Positions 19,357-28,354 of a DNA stretch of 64,000 bases are shown here, one piece after another. Location of the stretch: assembly GCA_964607485.1 (NCBI GenBank), contig CAZSKP010000001.1:128001-192000 (forward strand). Reading direction: 5' to 3'. A program made the position numbers and the translations under genes. Under the pieces are notes generated by a model. The model made no database searches and had not been told where the DNA came from. It saw only the letters and a list, made by a program, of their open reading frames with translations. The DNA comes from an uncultured bacterium (GTDB taxonomy: Bacteria; Abyssobacteria; SURF-5). The number at the start of each line of letters is the position of its first letter. Positions within the stretch are counted from its first letter, which is position 1.

Positions 19357-20994
19357 ATGAAAGAGAAACACGTCCGGCGAGAAGAACTGGTTGTCGCTCC
19401 ATGCAGCGAGGCATGCCCGGCCGGAATTGACGTGCCCAGATACATTCGAGCCATCAAGGAAGGAAAGTTCGACGAGGCTCTGGCCGTCATTCGAGAGCGG
19501 ATTCCGTTTCCTTCGATTTGCGGCTACGCATGCTACAGTCCATGCGAGGCCATGTGCGGCAATCGCCAGTTCGGCGAGCCGATTGCCATTCGCGGGTTGA
19601 AGAGGGCCGCCGCGGAACGAGGAGGCGACCTCTGGCGGAAGAGCCTTGCGATAGCACCCGATACCGGCAAGTGTGTGGCGGTAGTCGGGTCGGGCCCGAG
19701 CGGCCTGACCGCAGCCTACTATCTGGCGACGCTCGGCCACAAGGTGACCGTGATGGAAGCGCTTGAAGAGCCGGGCGGAATGATGCGCGTCGGCATTCCG
19801 GCGTATAGATTGCCCCGGGAAGCCTTGGACAGGGAGATCGGCTACCTGAGGGGAATCGGCGTTGAGATAAAGACGCGCATGCGAGTGGAAGCGGCCGACC
19901 GATTGTTTGAGCAGGGTTTCGACGCCGTCTATCTCGCCTGTGGCGCGCATCGGGGAACCACGCTCGGCATTCCCGGAGAAGATTCGCCGGGGGTAATTGA
20001 CGGCATCTCGTTCCTCAGAGAGGTCAACGAGGGGAAGACGGTCGCCGTTGGAAAGCGCGTGGCCGTTATCGGCGGCGGAAATACGGCCGTGGACGCCGCC
20101 CGCTGCGCGATTCGCCTGGGCGCCGGAGAGACGACCCTCATATACCGCAGGTCACGCGTCGAAATGACCGCATACGAAGAAGAGCTTGGCAGCGCGGTCT
20201 TCGAAGGGGTGACTCTGCATTTTCTCGCGACCCCGGTTCGTATCTCGCGCAAGGATACGGGACTGGAAGTAACGCTGACCCGCATGGAGCTGGGAAAACC
20301 CGATGCGAGCGGCCGGCGTAGCCCCGTCCCGATAAAGGACAGCGAATTCATCATGGAATTCGACACGGTGATCGTCGCCATCGGGCAGACGCCCGACATT
20401 CCGAAAAGCATGGGCGTCGCTCTGAATGAGAAGAATACCGTCGCGGCAGACGCTGAAACATTGGAGACGAACCGGCGAGGCGTGTTCGCGGGCGGAGACA
20501 TGGTTACCGGCCCGGCCTCCATCATCGAGGCTATCGCATGCGGGAGGAAGGCGGCGGCGTCCATAGACAAGTTTCTTGGCGGAACAGGACTGATAGACCA
20601 GGACCTCGCACCCGCCGAGGACGAAGTGGTGGTGATGGAATACGAGGCGCAGGACCAATCACGCATGTCTGTCCCTTGCGCGCCCCTCACAGACCGAGCG
20701 GTCGGCTTCCAGCCGGTCGAGGCCGGGTTGACCGAAGAGATGGCCGTCAGAGAGGCGGGGAGATGCAGGAGCTGCGACGCACGGCAATTTGACATAGCGG
20801 TTCACGCGGAGGGATGCAAGGAGTGCGGCTACTGCGTGGAAGTATGCGGTCTGGATGTGTTTGAGTTCGAGCAGAAGTTCAACAAGCGCGGATACAGACC
20901 CATCCTCGCCAAACATCGGGAAAGGTGCGTGGGATGCATGCTGTGCTTCTTCGCATGCCCTGATTTCTCAATCGATATTGCCGAAAAGAAATAA
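19357..20994 (+). CDS. GltD/NfnB-like FAD/NAD(P)H oxidoreductase fused to a C-terminal 2x[4Fe-4S] OFOR delta-like domain
   Basis: APCSEACP, CGYACYSPCEAMC, GSGPSGL, GGGNTAVD, YRRSR, FAGGD, EAGRCRSC, then CKECGYCVEVC and CVGCMLCFFACPDFSI. Confidence 0.9.
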   Translation: MKEKHVRREELVVAPCSEACPAGIDVPRYIRAIKEGKFDEALAVIRERIPFPSICGYACYSPCEAMCGNRQFGEPIAIRGLKRAAAERGGDLWRKSLAIAPDTGKCVAVVGSGPSGLTAAYYLATLGHKVTVMEALEEPGGMMRVGIPAYRLPREALDREIGYLRGIGVEIKTRMRVEAADRLFEQGFDAVYLACGAHRGTTLGIPGEDSPGVIDGISFLREVNEGKTVAVGKRVAVIGGGNTAVDAARCAIRLGAGETTLIYRRSRVEMTAYEEELGSAVFEGVTLHFLATPVRISRKDTGLEVTLTRMELGKPDASGRRSPVPIKDSEFIMEFDTVIVAIGQTPDIPKSMGVALNEKNTVAADAETLETNRRGVFAGGDMVTGPASIIEAIACGRKAAASIDKFLGGTGLIDQDLAPAEDEVVVMEYEAQDQSRMSVPCAPLTDRAVGFQPVEAGLTEEMAVREAGRCRSCDARQFDIAVHAEGCKECGYCVEVCGLDVFEFEQKFNKRGYRPILAKHRERCVGCMLCFFACPDFSIDIAEKK

Positions 20995-21030
20995 GCTCGA
21001 AAGAATTCGTATGAAAAGCGGACAGCATTC

Positions 21031-22203
21031 ATGAAACGTTATTTGGAGACGGGAAATTTCGCCGTGGCGCAGGCAGCCATCATGGCAGGCTGCGGAGCGT
21101 TCTGCGGCTACCCCATTACCCCCGCAACCGAGATAGCCGAGTCCATGTCGAAGCTCCTGCCGCGGTCGGGCGGATATTACGTTCAGGCGGAGGACGAGAC
21201 GGCCGCAATGCATCTGGCAATCGGCGCATCCCTCGGCGGGATGAAAGCCATGACTGCTACTTCCGGGCCCGGCTTCATTCTGTACGCCGACCCCTACGGC
21301 TGGGCCATCGGGTGCGAAATACCGCTCGTCGTACTGAACGCTCAGAGGGTGGGGCCGGTGAGCGGCATCACCGGCGCTCCCGGACAGGGCGAATTCTACC
21401 TGAGCCGCTATGTCACGCAGGGCGGCAACTTCGAGACGATAGTGCTCGCGCCAAGCACCGCTCAGGAAGCGTTCTCGCTGACGGTGGAGGCTTTCTATCT
21501 TTCCGAACGGTTCCGCACTCCCGTGACCATTCTGGCCGACCAGTTGATAACGGACGGCTGGGAGGACATCAGCATTCCCGAGACGGACAAGGAAAAGCAG
21601 GCGATGGGACTCAGGTTCGCCGAAAGAAAAGTGAACCCGGGACCTGTGTTCTATCCTCCCACGGACGAGATAGACATTCCTCCTGTTGTCCTGGGCAAGC
21701 ACACCGGCGCGCTCTGTTCCGACTGGACTCCGACCGAGGAAGGCTACGACATCGAGACCGTCGAGGCGCAGCACAAGCACGCGTACCGACTGATCTACAA
21801 GATACGCAATCACAAGGATATCATCACGCGGTATGAAACGCTTTTCCTCGACGACGACCCGGAGCTCATTGTCGTGTCTTACGGAACGCCCTCGAGGGTC
21901 GTGAAGACGGCCGTCAAGCAGGCGAGGGAAAAAGGCCGGAAGATCGGCATGATCAGGCCCATCACCCTGTGGCCGTTCCCCGACGAGCTGTTTAAGGCGA
22001 AGGCCGCGTATCTTTCGGTCGAACTGAATTATGACGGTCAGATGGTCCGAGAAGTGCAGAGAGCGACTCCGCACGACAGCAAAGTTCATTTCTTCGGCAA
22101 ATGCGGCGAGCTGCCCACGGTGGCCGAGCTGCACGACGTCTTCGACAAGCTTTTGGACGGCCGGCCGCTTCAGCGTCGGGAGTGGGAAACGGAGGCATGG
22201 TAA
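21031..22203 (+). CDS. 2-oxoacid:acceptor oxidoreductase alpha subunit (KorA/OorA-like)
   Basis: GYPITP, QAEDE, TATSGPG, QRVGP, RPITLWPFP. Confidence 0.92.
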   Translation: MKRYLETGNFAVAQAAIMAGCGAFCGYPITPATEIAESMSKLLPRSGGYYVQAEDETAAMHLAIGASLGGMKAMTATSGPGFILYADPYGWAIGCEIPLVVLNAQRVGPVSGITGAPGQGEFYLSRYVTQGGNFETIVLAPSTAQEAFSLTVEAFYLSERFRTPVTILADQLITDGWEDISIPETDKEKQAMGLRFAERKVNPGPVFYPPTDEIDIPPVVLGKHTGALCSDWTPTEEGYDIETVEAQHKHAYRLIYKIRNHKDIITRYETLFLDDDPELIVVSYGTPSRVVKTAVKQAREKGRKIGMIRPITLWPFPDELFKAKAAYLSVELNYDGQMVREVQRATPHDSKVHFFGKCGELPTVAELHDVFDKLLDGRPLQRREWETEAW

Positions 22204-23037
22204 GTGGACTACCTAGCGAGAAAACATCTGCGGTCGAGGAAAATACCGAGCACGGCGTGCTCGGGTTGCGGCCTCGGCCAGTGTCATAAGGCGCTGGTCA
22301 AGGCGATCGACGACCTTGGATACACTCGCAACGATATCGTCTGGGGGACATCCATCGGCTGCGCGGGCAGGCAGACGTTCGGCACATGGAGTGGCGACAG
22401 CTTTGCCGGAACTCACGGCCGCGTGTATGCGATCGCGCGAGGGCTCAGGCTTGCGCTGGCTCCGGAGAAGAAGATCGTCCTGTCCGTCGGCGACGGAGAC
22501 GCGTTCGGAATAGGCTTCAATCATCTTCTTCACGCGGCGAGAACGAACGCGCAGATGACCGTCATGGTATGCGATAATCTGGGCTACCAGTCCACCGGCG
22601 GGCAGTATGGCTGGACGACGCCGCAGGGAATCGTCACGGACAGCAGTCCCTACGGCATGTTCGAGCCGAACTGGGTCCAGCCGGAAAGGGACGTGCTGAT
22701 GATCGTGAAAGAGGCGGGCGCGACTTTCCTGGCGAGGCACGTGAGCATGGACGGGGCCGCCCTGGTGGAAACGCTCAGGAAGGCGATTCTGAATAACGGC
22801 TTTTCGCTGGTGCATGTCGTCTATCCGTGTACGACAAACTTCGGCAAGAATGCGCTGGGCTCGAGAAACGCCGTCGAGATATTTAAATGGATAAAGAGCC
22901 ACGCCGCTCCCCTGGGCAAGGAGAACGAGAACACCTTCTGGCGAACCGGCATATATTTTGATGCGAGCAATTCTAGGCCCGAATTTTCGCAGATGATGCG
23001 GGAAAAAGTCGCGGAGGTCCGCAAGAGAACGTCATGA
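22204..23037 (+). CDS. 2-oxoacid:acceptor oxidoreductase beta subunit (TPP-binding)
   Basis: CSGCG, IGC, THGR, GDGD TPP motif, TGGQ, PCTT. Confidence 0.92.
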   Translation: MDYLARKHLRSRKIPSTACSGCGLGQCHKALVKAIDDLGYTRNDIVWGTSIGCAGRQTFGTWSGDSFAGTHGRVYAIARGLRLALAPEKKIVLSVGDGDAFGIGFNHLLHAARTNAQMTVMVCDNLGYQSTGGQYGWTTPQGIVTDSSPYGMFEPNWVQPERDVLMIVKEAGATFLARHVSMDGAALVETLRKAILNNGFSLVHVVYPCTTNFGKNALGSRNAVEIFKWIKSHAAPLGKENENTFWRTGIYFDASNSRPEFSQMMREKVAEVRKRTS

Positions 23038-23567
23038 AGGAACGAACCGAGATACTCGCGAGCGGATTCGGCGGCCAGGGAGTCGTCAGGCTCGGCCAGA
23101 TCATCGGAGAGGCGGGCGTGAGGCAAGGCCTGCATGTCGCCATGCTCAAAAGCCACGGGACCGAGATGCGCGGAGGATATGTGAGAAGCCAGGTGGTGCT
23201 GTCCAGGGACGTCATCGACAGCCCCATCTGCGAATCGCCCGACTGCTTCATCGCTTTGTCAGGCGCGGCCTACAACCAGTTCAAGCATCTCATGCCGGCC
23301 GATGGCATCATCTTGTATGACCCCGCCTTTCTGGATGAGACGGACGCGGAGCTCAAGTGTCCGCAAAAGGCGATCCCGGCAAACGAACTGTCCGCAAACA
23401 ATTTCGGCAACCCGCTTTTTGCGAATTCCATCGTTCTCGGAGCCGTCGCCAGGCTCGTGGACGTATTGGACAAAGAGGTACTGCTGCAAAGCCTTCTGCA
23501 CGTCATGCCGAAGTTCCACCAACAGAACGCGGAGGCGTTTCAAATCGGATACGACTATGAACGCTGA
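23034..23567 (+). CDS. 2-oxoacid:acceptor oxidoreductase gamma subunit
   Basis: SGFGGQG, HGTEMRGG, ANSIVLGA and NAEAF motifs. Confidence 0.92.
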   Translation: MKERTEILASGFGGQGVVRLGQIIGEAGVRQGLHVAMLKSHGTEMRGGYVRSQVVLSRDVIDSPICESPDCFIALSGAAYNQFKHLMPADGIILYDPAFLDETDAELKCPQKAIPANELSANNFGNPLFANSIVLGAVARLVDVLDKEVLLQSLLHVMPKFHQQNAEAFQIGYDYER

Positions 23568-23618
23568 CCGGCCGGGCGCCGCCGCAGCTTCACGTATCGA
23601 GTAAACGGTTCCATTCAC

Positions 23619-25133
23619 ATGCGCACTATCAGACACATCATCGATGAAAGAGCAGACCTTCATCCCGATAAGGTCTATCTGCTCGCGCCCGAGGCGGGCC
23701 TGACGCTCACCTATGGCCGGTTGAGGGACGACTCGCTCGCGCTTGGCAGGTATTTGATGAAGCTGGGGCTCAGGAAGGGCGACAAGCTTTCGTATATGAT
23801 GGGCAACGGGTATCAGACCGCGAAAATCTTCCTCGGCGCCATGTATTCGGGATTCACGATAGCGCCTCTCAATCTCATGACGCAGTCGTCTCAGCTCGAG
23901 TATGTGCTCGCTCACTCCGACACGCGGCTCGTGTTCTTCACGAAGGAGCAAGAGGAAAAGCTGGGGAACGCCGCGGGCCGCGTGGATCGCCGCATAGAAC
24001 TTCTCAAGATCGACAACGATGCCGAAAACATCCTCCCCGCCAGGGAAGACCTCTCGGGCTTTGTTCTTCCGGAAGTGACCGAAGAAGATGATGCACTCCT
24101 GCTGTACACCTCCGGCACCACCGGCAAGCCGAAGGGCGTGGTCCTCTCTCACAAGAACATGGTCGCGGGAGGCCAATACACGGCCATGGCCCACGAACTC
24201 GGTCCGGACGACAGGGCCCTATGTTCGCTGCCCGTCTATCACATCAACGGCGCCGTGGTGACTGTGGTCGCGCCGCTGGTGAGCGGAGGAAGCGTGGTCA
24301 TGCCTCACAGGTTCAGCGTTTCAAGTTTCTGGCGGCTGCTCTCGGATTATCGCTGCACATGGTTCAGCGTGGTGCCCACCATCATTTCCTACCTTCAGAG
24401 CGCGACACAGCCTCAGGGAGCGGATCTCAACCTCGAGCAGGTGCGTTTCGGCCGTTCGGCCTCGTCGGCCCTGCCACCCGTTCTTCACAGGGCGTTCGAG
24501 GAGAAATTCAAGATTCCGCTCATTGAAACGATGGGGCTTACCGAAACGGCCGCGCCTGTGTTCTCCAACGCCCTCGACCCATCGGGAAGAAAGTACGGCT
24601 CGCCGGGGTGTCCGGTCGGGAACGAGGCGAAAATCGTTGACGAAAACGGCAGTGAGGCGCCTCGCGGCACTCATGGGGAGATCATGGTCCGGGGAGATAA
24701 TGTGATGAAGGGGTATTATAAGGCTCCGGACCTTACCGCAAAGAATATCGAGCCGGATGGATGGCTGCATACGGGCGATGTCGGATACATGGACAAGAAC
24801 GGCTTTGTCTTCGTTACGGGCCGGATCAAAGAGCTCATCATAAAGGGCGGGGAAAACATCGCGCCCAGAGAAATCGACGAAGCGCTTTATAGCCATCCCG
24901 CGGTATTGGATTGCGCCGCAGTCGGCATTCCCGACGGACACTACGGCGAGGAAATCATGTGCTGCGTGGTGCTGAAACCTGACTGCCGGGCAACGGAAGA
25001 GGAATTGCGAAGCCACTGCCTGCAGGCTCTGGGCGAATTCAAGACCCCGAAGGTCATAAAATTCCTCGAAAGCCTTCCCAAGGGACCATCGGGAAAGATT
25101 CAGCGCATAAAACTCCGCGAACTCGCTCAGTAA
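23619..25133 (+). CDS. AMP-forming acyl-CoA ligase, SauT (sulfoacetate-CoA ligase)/oxalate-CoA ligase-like
   Basis: YTSGTTGKPKG, LPVYHING, RSASSALPP, ETMGLTETAAP.FSN.LDP, KELIIKGGENIAPREIDEAL and PKGPSGKIQR; these subfamily strings recall SauT. Confidence 0.88.
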   Translation: MRTIRHIIDERADLHPDKVYLLAPEAGLTLTYGRLRDDSLALGRYLMKLGLRKGDKLSYMMGNGYQTAKIFLGAMYSGFTIAPLNLMTQSSQLEYVLAHSDTRLVFFTKEQEEKLGNAAGRVDRRIELLKIDNDAENILPAREDLSGFVLPEVTEEDDALLLYTSGTTGKPKGVVLSHKNMVAGGQYTAMAHELGPDDRALCSLPVYHINGAVVTVVAPLVSGGSVVMPHRFSVSSFWRLLSDYRCTWFSVVPTIISYLQSATQPQGADLNLEQVRFGRSASSALPPVLHRAFEEKFKIPLIETMGLTETAAPVFSNALDPSGRKYGSPGCPVGNEAKIVDENGSEAPRGTHGEIMVRGDNVMKGYYKAPDLTAKNIEPDGWLHTGDVGYMDKNGFVFVTGRIKELIIKGGENIAPREIDEALYSHPAVLDCAAVGIPDGHYGEEIMCCVVLKPDCRATEEELRSHCLQALGEFKTPKVIKFLESLPKGPSGKIQRIKLRELAQ

Positions 25134-25189
25134 ATTCTCCGGTCAAGCAATACCCTCGGCCACCGGTCATTGCCGCGCGGGCAAGCTCT

Positions 25190-25260
25190 CACCGGGAGAC
25201 AAAGCTCACTGAGAATCTTCCCCTCTTCCTTGTCTCTGAGCTCTCCGTGACCTCTGTGGC
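25190..25260. repeat. Degenerate 9-bp-unit palindromic repeat (CTCYGTG type)
   Basis: ctctgagct-ctccgtgac-ctctgtggc (25234-25260) with a weak complementary arm at 25190-25214, between convergent genes. Confidence 0.5.
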
Positions 25261-25274
25261 CAAACCTCCGCGCT

Positions 25275-25649
25275 TTACACCCTCCCGCCTTCCTGCGTCA
25301 GCTCTATCATCACGTTGTCGGGGCCGGCCACGAACGCGATCTTCACGCCTTCTCCCAGGCTCATCGGTTCCAGCATAAACTCCGCGCCCCTTTTCTTGAG
25401 TTCGGCGGCTGCCGCGTCGAGGTCGGCCACCCTGAACCCGAGGTGGTCGACCGACGTGCCCGCAGGCGGCCCGCTCGGCGGCTTGTCGTTGATAAGCAGG
25501 TGTGTCCCATCGAAGTCCACGACGATCATGTGCGTTCCGGCGACCTCTAACTCCCCGAATTTCTTGCCGCCGAATGTCGCGATGTAAAAGTCCGCCGCCG
25601 CGTTGACATCGGCGGAATTCAGGTGGACGTGGTCGAACTCGAATTTCAT
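25275..25649 (-). CDS. VOC (glyoxalase/bleomycin resistance) family protein
   Basis: ATG 25649 with AGGAGG RBS; FDHVHL, VDHLGFRVADL, AFVAGPDNVMIEL. Confidence 0.9.
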   Translation of the reverse strand: MKFEFDHVHLNSADVNAAADFYIATFGGKKFGELEVAGTHMIVVDFDGTHLLINDKPPSGPPAGTSVDHLGFRVADLDAAAAELKKRGAEFMLEPMSLGEGVKIAFVAGPDNVMIELTQEGGRV

Positions 25650-25775
25650 GCGTGTTCCTCCTTGGAGCTGCCTGTGCCTGAAGAAAGGTTGTTGGCGGGC
25701 CGCATTGTAACAGATGCGGGGCGAGCGAGTCAATTTTTCCTGTTTTTTCGGGCAAATATCGGAAATCTGTGCCGT

Positions 25776-25970
25776 GTGGGGCTATGTGGGGAATCGCATG
25801 CCTTTCCGGAGCCACGAGATTCCCGCCGTCGGACAGCCTGAGAATTTGCCATAAGTTGTTGAGTCATAGTATGTAAGGAAATGTGAGGATTGTGTGAGAA
25901 AGTTCTTGACAGTCGAGGGGCCCTGTGGTACAATGTGGGTTCAAGAGATAGGTCAGTGGGGAAATATGGG
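25776..25970 (+). promoter_or_regulatory. dcw promoter with MraZ-binding GTGGG direct repeats
   Basis: TTGACA (25906-25911), 17 bp, TACAAT (25929-25934) with extended TG. GTGGG/ATGGG boxes at 25776, 25786, 25935, 25956, 25966. Confidence 0.85.
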
Positions 25971-25981
25971 GACTCCCTCAA

Positions 25982-26422
25982 TTGCTACTATTCTCCGGAA
26001 CCTACAAATACTCCCTTGACGAAAAAAATCGCCTGATCATTCCCGTCAAATTTCGGGAGATCCTCAGTGCCGAAGGCGTCGATAAACTGTACCTCGTCAA
26101 GGGAGATTCTCACCTCTACGTCTTCCCGCTTCCGGTTTTCGTCGAACTCTCCGAAAAACTCAAATCCTGGGACTTCACCAAAGAAGCCAATCAAGACTAT
26201 GTTCGACTGCTCTTCTCCGACGCGTTCGACGTCGTGCTCGACAAGCAAGGCAGGGTCATACTGCGCAAAGAGATGTGTGACGAAGTCGGCATCGACCGTG
26301 AGGCTATCATCGTCGGCGTCCTGAACCGAATGGAAATATGGTCGCCTGAGCGGTGGAAAGAATTCCGAGGAAAGTCCACCCTCCGGGGATTCTCTGCGAA
26401 TCTTGATGCACATTCGCAGTAA
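25982..26422 (+). CDS. mraZ: Division/cell wall cluster transcriptional repressor MraZ
   Basis: LDEKNRLIIP and LDKQGRVIL AbrB-type repeats, RMEIWS; TTG start. Confidence 0.95.
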   Translation: MLLFSGTYKYSLDEKNRLIIPVKFREILSAEGVDKLYLVKGDSHLYVFPLPVFVELSEKLKSWDFTKEANQDYVRLLFSDAFDVVLDKQGRVILRKEMCDEVGIDREAIIVGVLNRMEIWSPERWKEFRGKSTLRGFSANLDAHSQ

Positions 26423-26467
26423 TAATAGCAGAACTTGGGGCGAACAGTCAAAGGAGGACAAGCCAAA

Positions 26468-26842
26468 GTGGGAGTCGAATTCGAGAAAGTGGATCGCGAA
26501 CACGTATCGGTGCTGAAAATCTCGGGCAACCTCGACACCTCCACCTCCAAGCTCCTCAAGAAAGCCCTCACGGAACTCATCAGAGAGGAGCACTACAACA
26601 TCGTGGTGGACATGAAGAAGGTGGTGCAGATCAACTACATGGGGGTCGGCACGCTCCTCGAGCGACTGAGGCAGTTGCGAAGGCTCAGCGGCGACCTGAA
26701 GCTCGCGGGCCTGAACAGGGTCACCCGCAAGGCCCTCAGCATGGTTGGCGCGTCGAAGGTTTTCGAGACTTACGACACCGAAGATGACGCGGTAGCGAGT
26801 TTCGCGGTCAGGGAGGAAGACGCGAAGGCCGTTGGCGTCTGA
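26468..26842 (+). CDS. STAS-domain (anti-sigma factor antagonist-like) protein lacking the canonical phospho-Ser
   Basis: AGGAGG RBS then GTG 26468; LKISGNLD, IVVDMKKVVQINYMGVGTL, GDLKLAGLN, FETYDTEDDAVASF. Confidence 0.88.
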   Translation: MGVEFEKVDREHVSVLKISGNLDTSTSKLLKKALTELIREEHYNIVVDMKKVVQINYMGVGTLLERLRQLRRLSGDLKLAGLNRVTRKALSMVGASKVFETYDTEDDAVASFAVREEDAKAVGV

Positions 26843-27809
26843 ACGGAATAATGCGGCAAGCGGTCCGGCCCATGCGACGGTTCTGCGAGAGGCGGCAGTT
26901 GACCTGCTCGCGTGTTCGCCGGGTAACGTGGTTGTGGACGGCACGGTCGGCGGCGGGGGGCACGCCGAGCTGATTCTCGAACGAATCGGCCCGACCGGCC
27001 GCCTGATCGGAATTGATTGGGACCGCAGGGCCATCGAGCTTGCGCGCGAGCGATTGGGCGCCGCGCCCAATGTTACGCTGGTTCGCGAAAATTTTCGGAG
27101 CCTGGCGGAGATATTGGAGCGCATGGGTTTGGCCGGGATGGACTCCCTGCTATTGGATTTGGGCCTCTCCTCATTTCAACTCGAAGAAGCAAACCGGGGT
27201 TTCAGCTTCAGGGCAGAAGGCCCTCTGGACATGCGGATGAGCGAGCGGATGCAGGCCACGGCGGCCGACATAATCAACACTTATTCCGAGCGAGAAATCG
27301 CAGACCTCCTGAGGAGATTCGGAGAGGAGCCGAATGCTCGGAGGATTGCGAAGGCAGTCGTCGGGCAGCGCGCAAAGGGCGCCATCCGCACGACGAGCGA
27401 GTTGGCCGATATCGTTCGGAGATGCGCGCCGCAGCGACCTCACCGCGCCAAGATAGACCCCGCCACAAGGACGTTTCAGGCGCTTCGCATCGAGGTCAAT
27501 TCGGAGCTCGACAATCTCCAAAACGTCCTGGACGACGGCATCTCATTGCTCAGGCCGAAGGGTCGCATATGCGTGATATCGTTTCATTCGCTCGAGGACA
27601 GGATAGTCAAGCAGACGTTTGCCCGGGCCGCTCGGGGGTGTGTCTGCCCGCCCGAGCTGCCGCAGTGCGTGTGCGGACGGAAACCCGTGTTGAGGATATT
27701 GACGCCGAAACCCGTCAGACCGTCGAAAGAGGAAGTTGGGGCGAATCCTCGTTCCCGCAGCGCCAAGCTGAGGGCCGGCGAGAAGGTTGCGGGGGAGACA
27801 TCGCATTGA
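26832..27809 (+). CDS. rsmH: 16S rRNA m4C1402 methyltransferase
   Basis: DGTVGGGGH, DLGLSS, GPLDMRM, TFQALRIEVN, SFHSLEDRIVK, NPRSRSAKLR. Confidence 0.97.
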   Translation: MASERNNAASGPAHATVLREAAVDLLACSPGNVVVDGTVGGGGHAELILERIGPTGRLIGIDWDRRAIELARERLGAAPNVTLVRENFRSLAEILERMGLAGMDSLLLDLGLSSFQLEEANRGFSFRAEGPLDMRMSERMQATAADIINTYSEREIADLLRRFGEEPNARRIAKAVVGQRAKGAIRTTSELADIVRRCAPQRPHRAKIDPATRTFQALRIEVNSELDNLQNVLDDGISLLRPKGRICVISFHSLEDRIVKQTFARAARGCVCPPELPQCVCGRKPVLRILTPKPVRPSKEEVGANPRSRSAKLRAGEKVAGETSH

Positions 27810-28312
27810 AGAGCACACAGAAAAAGAAAAAGCCGGACAAGAAAAAGAAAAGACGTCCGAAAAGCATCGCCAAGCGGAATCTGAAACATTCGCTCCGCTT
27901 TCTTCCCGCGGGTATTCTGCTTATGGTAACCGCCTTCATATATACGTGGCAGCATACCCGCCTGACCATCATCGTGCTTCCCATCGAAGACTTGAGGGCC
28001 AAGAAAAGAGACCTCATCAAACAGAACGATTCCATCCGCCTCCGCATCGAACAATTACAAGCTCCCGCACGCATCGAATCGATTGCACGCAACAAGCTGG
28101 GGATGGTCTCGCCGCAAAAATGGCAGGTGGTGGCTCTGGACGAGCCGACTCAACCGCCGGAAGCGGCCCCCGAGACAAACCAGCTGGCCGACCGCAGACC
28201 CCCGTCCGCTACAAAATCGGCCGGACTGTTTGGATTCCTGAAGAAACACGGAAGTCTTGGCAACACCTCGCAACAACACAAACCGCCGGAGACAACAGAG
28301 AAATCCGGTTGA
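27806..28312 (+). CDS. ftsL: Cell division protein FtsL
   Basis: TTG 27806 overlaps the rsmH stop. Basic N-terminus, one TM, leucine-zipper coiled coil and LQAPARIESIARNKLGMVSP; lies between rsmH and ftsI. Confidence 0.88.
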   Translation: MKSTQKKKKPDKKKKRRPKSIAKRNLKHSLRFLPAGILLMVTAFIYTWQHTRLTIIVLPIEDLRAKKRDLIKQNDSIRLRIEQLQAPARIESIARNKLGMVSPQKWQVVALDEPTQPPEAAPETNQLADRRPPSATKSAGLFGFLKKHGSLGNTSQQHKPPETTEKSG

Positions 28313-28354
28313 AGCAGGTTCTGTGTTTCATCCCGTTGGTTCGTAAGCTTAGCC

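Noticed and set aside
27638-27676. CVCPPELPQCVC motif in RsmH
   Set aside because: A common RsmH insertion in many lineages.
27017-27805. N-terminal 263 aa of the 431-aa ORF 27017-28312
   Set aside because: Overlaps rsmH out of frame; only the part from TTG 27806 looks like FtsL.
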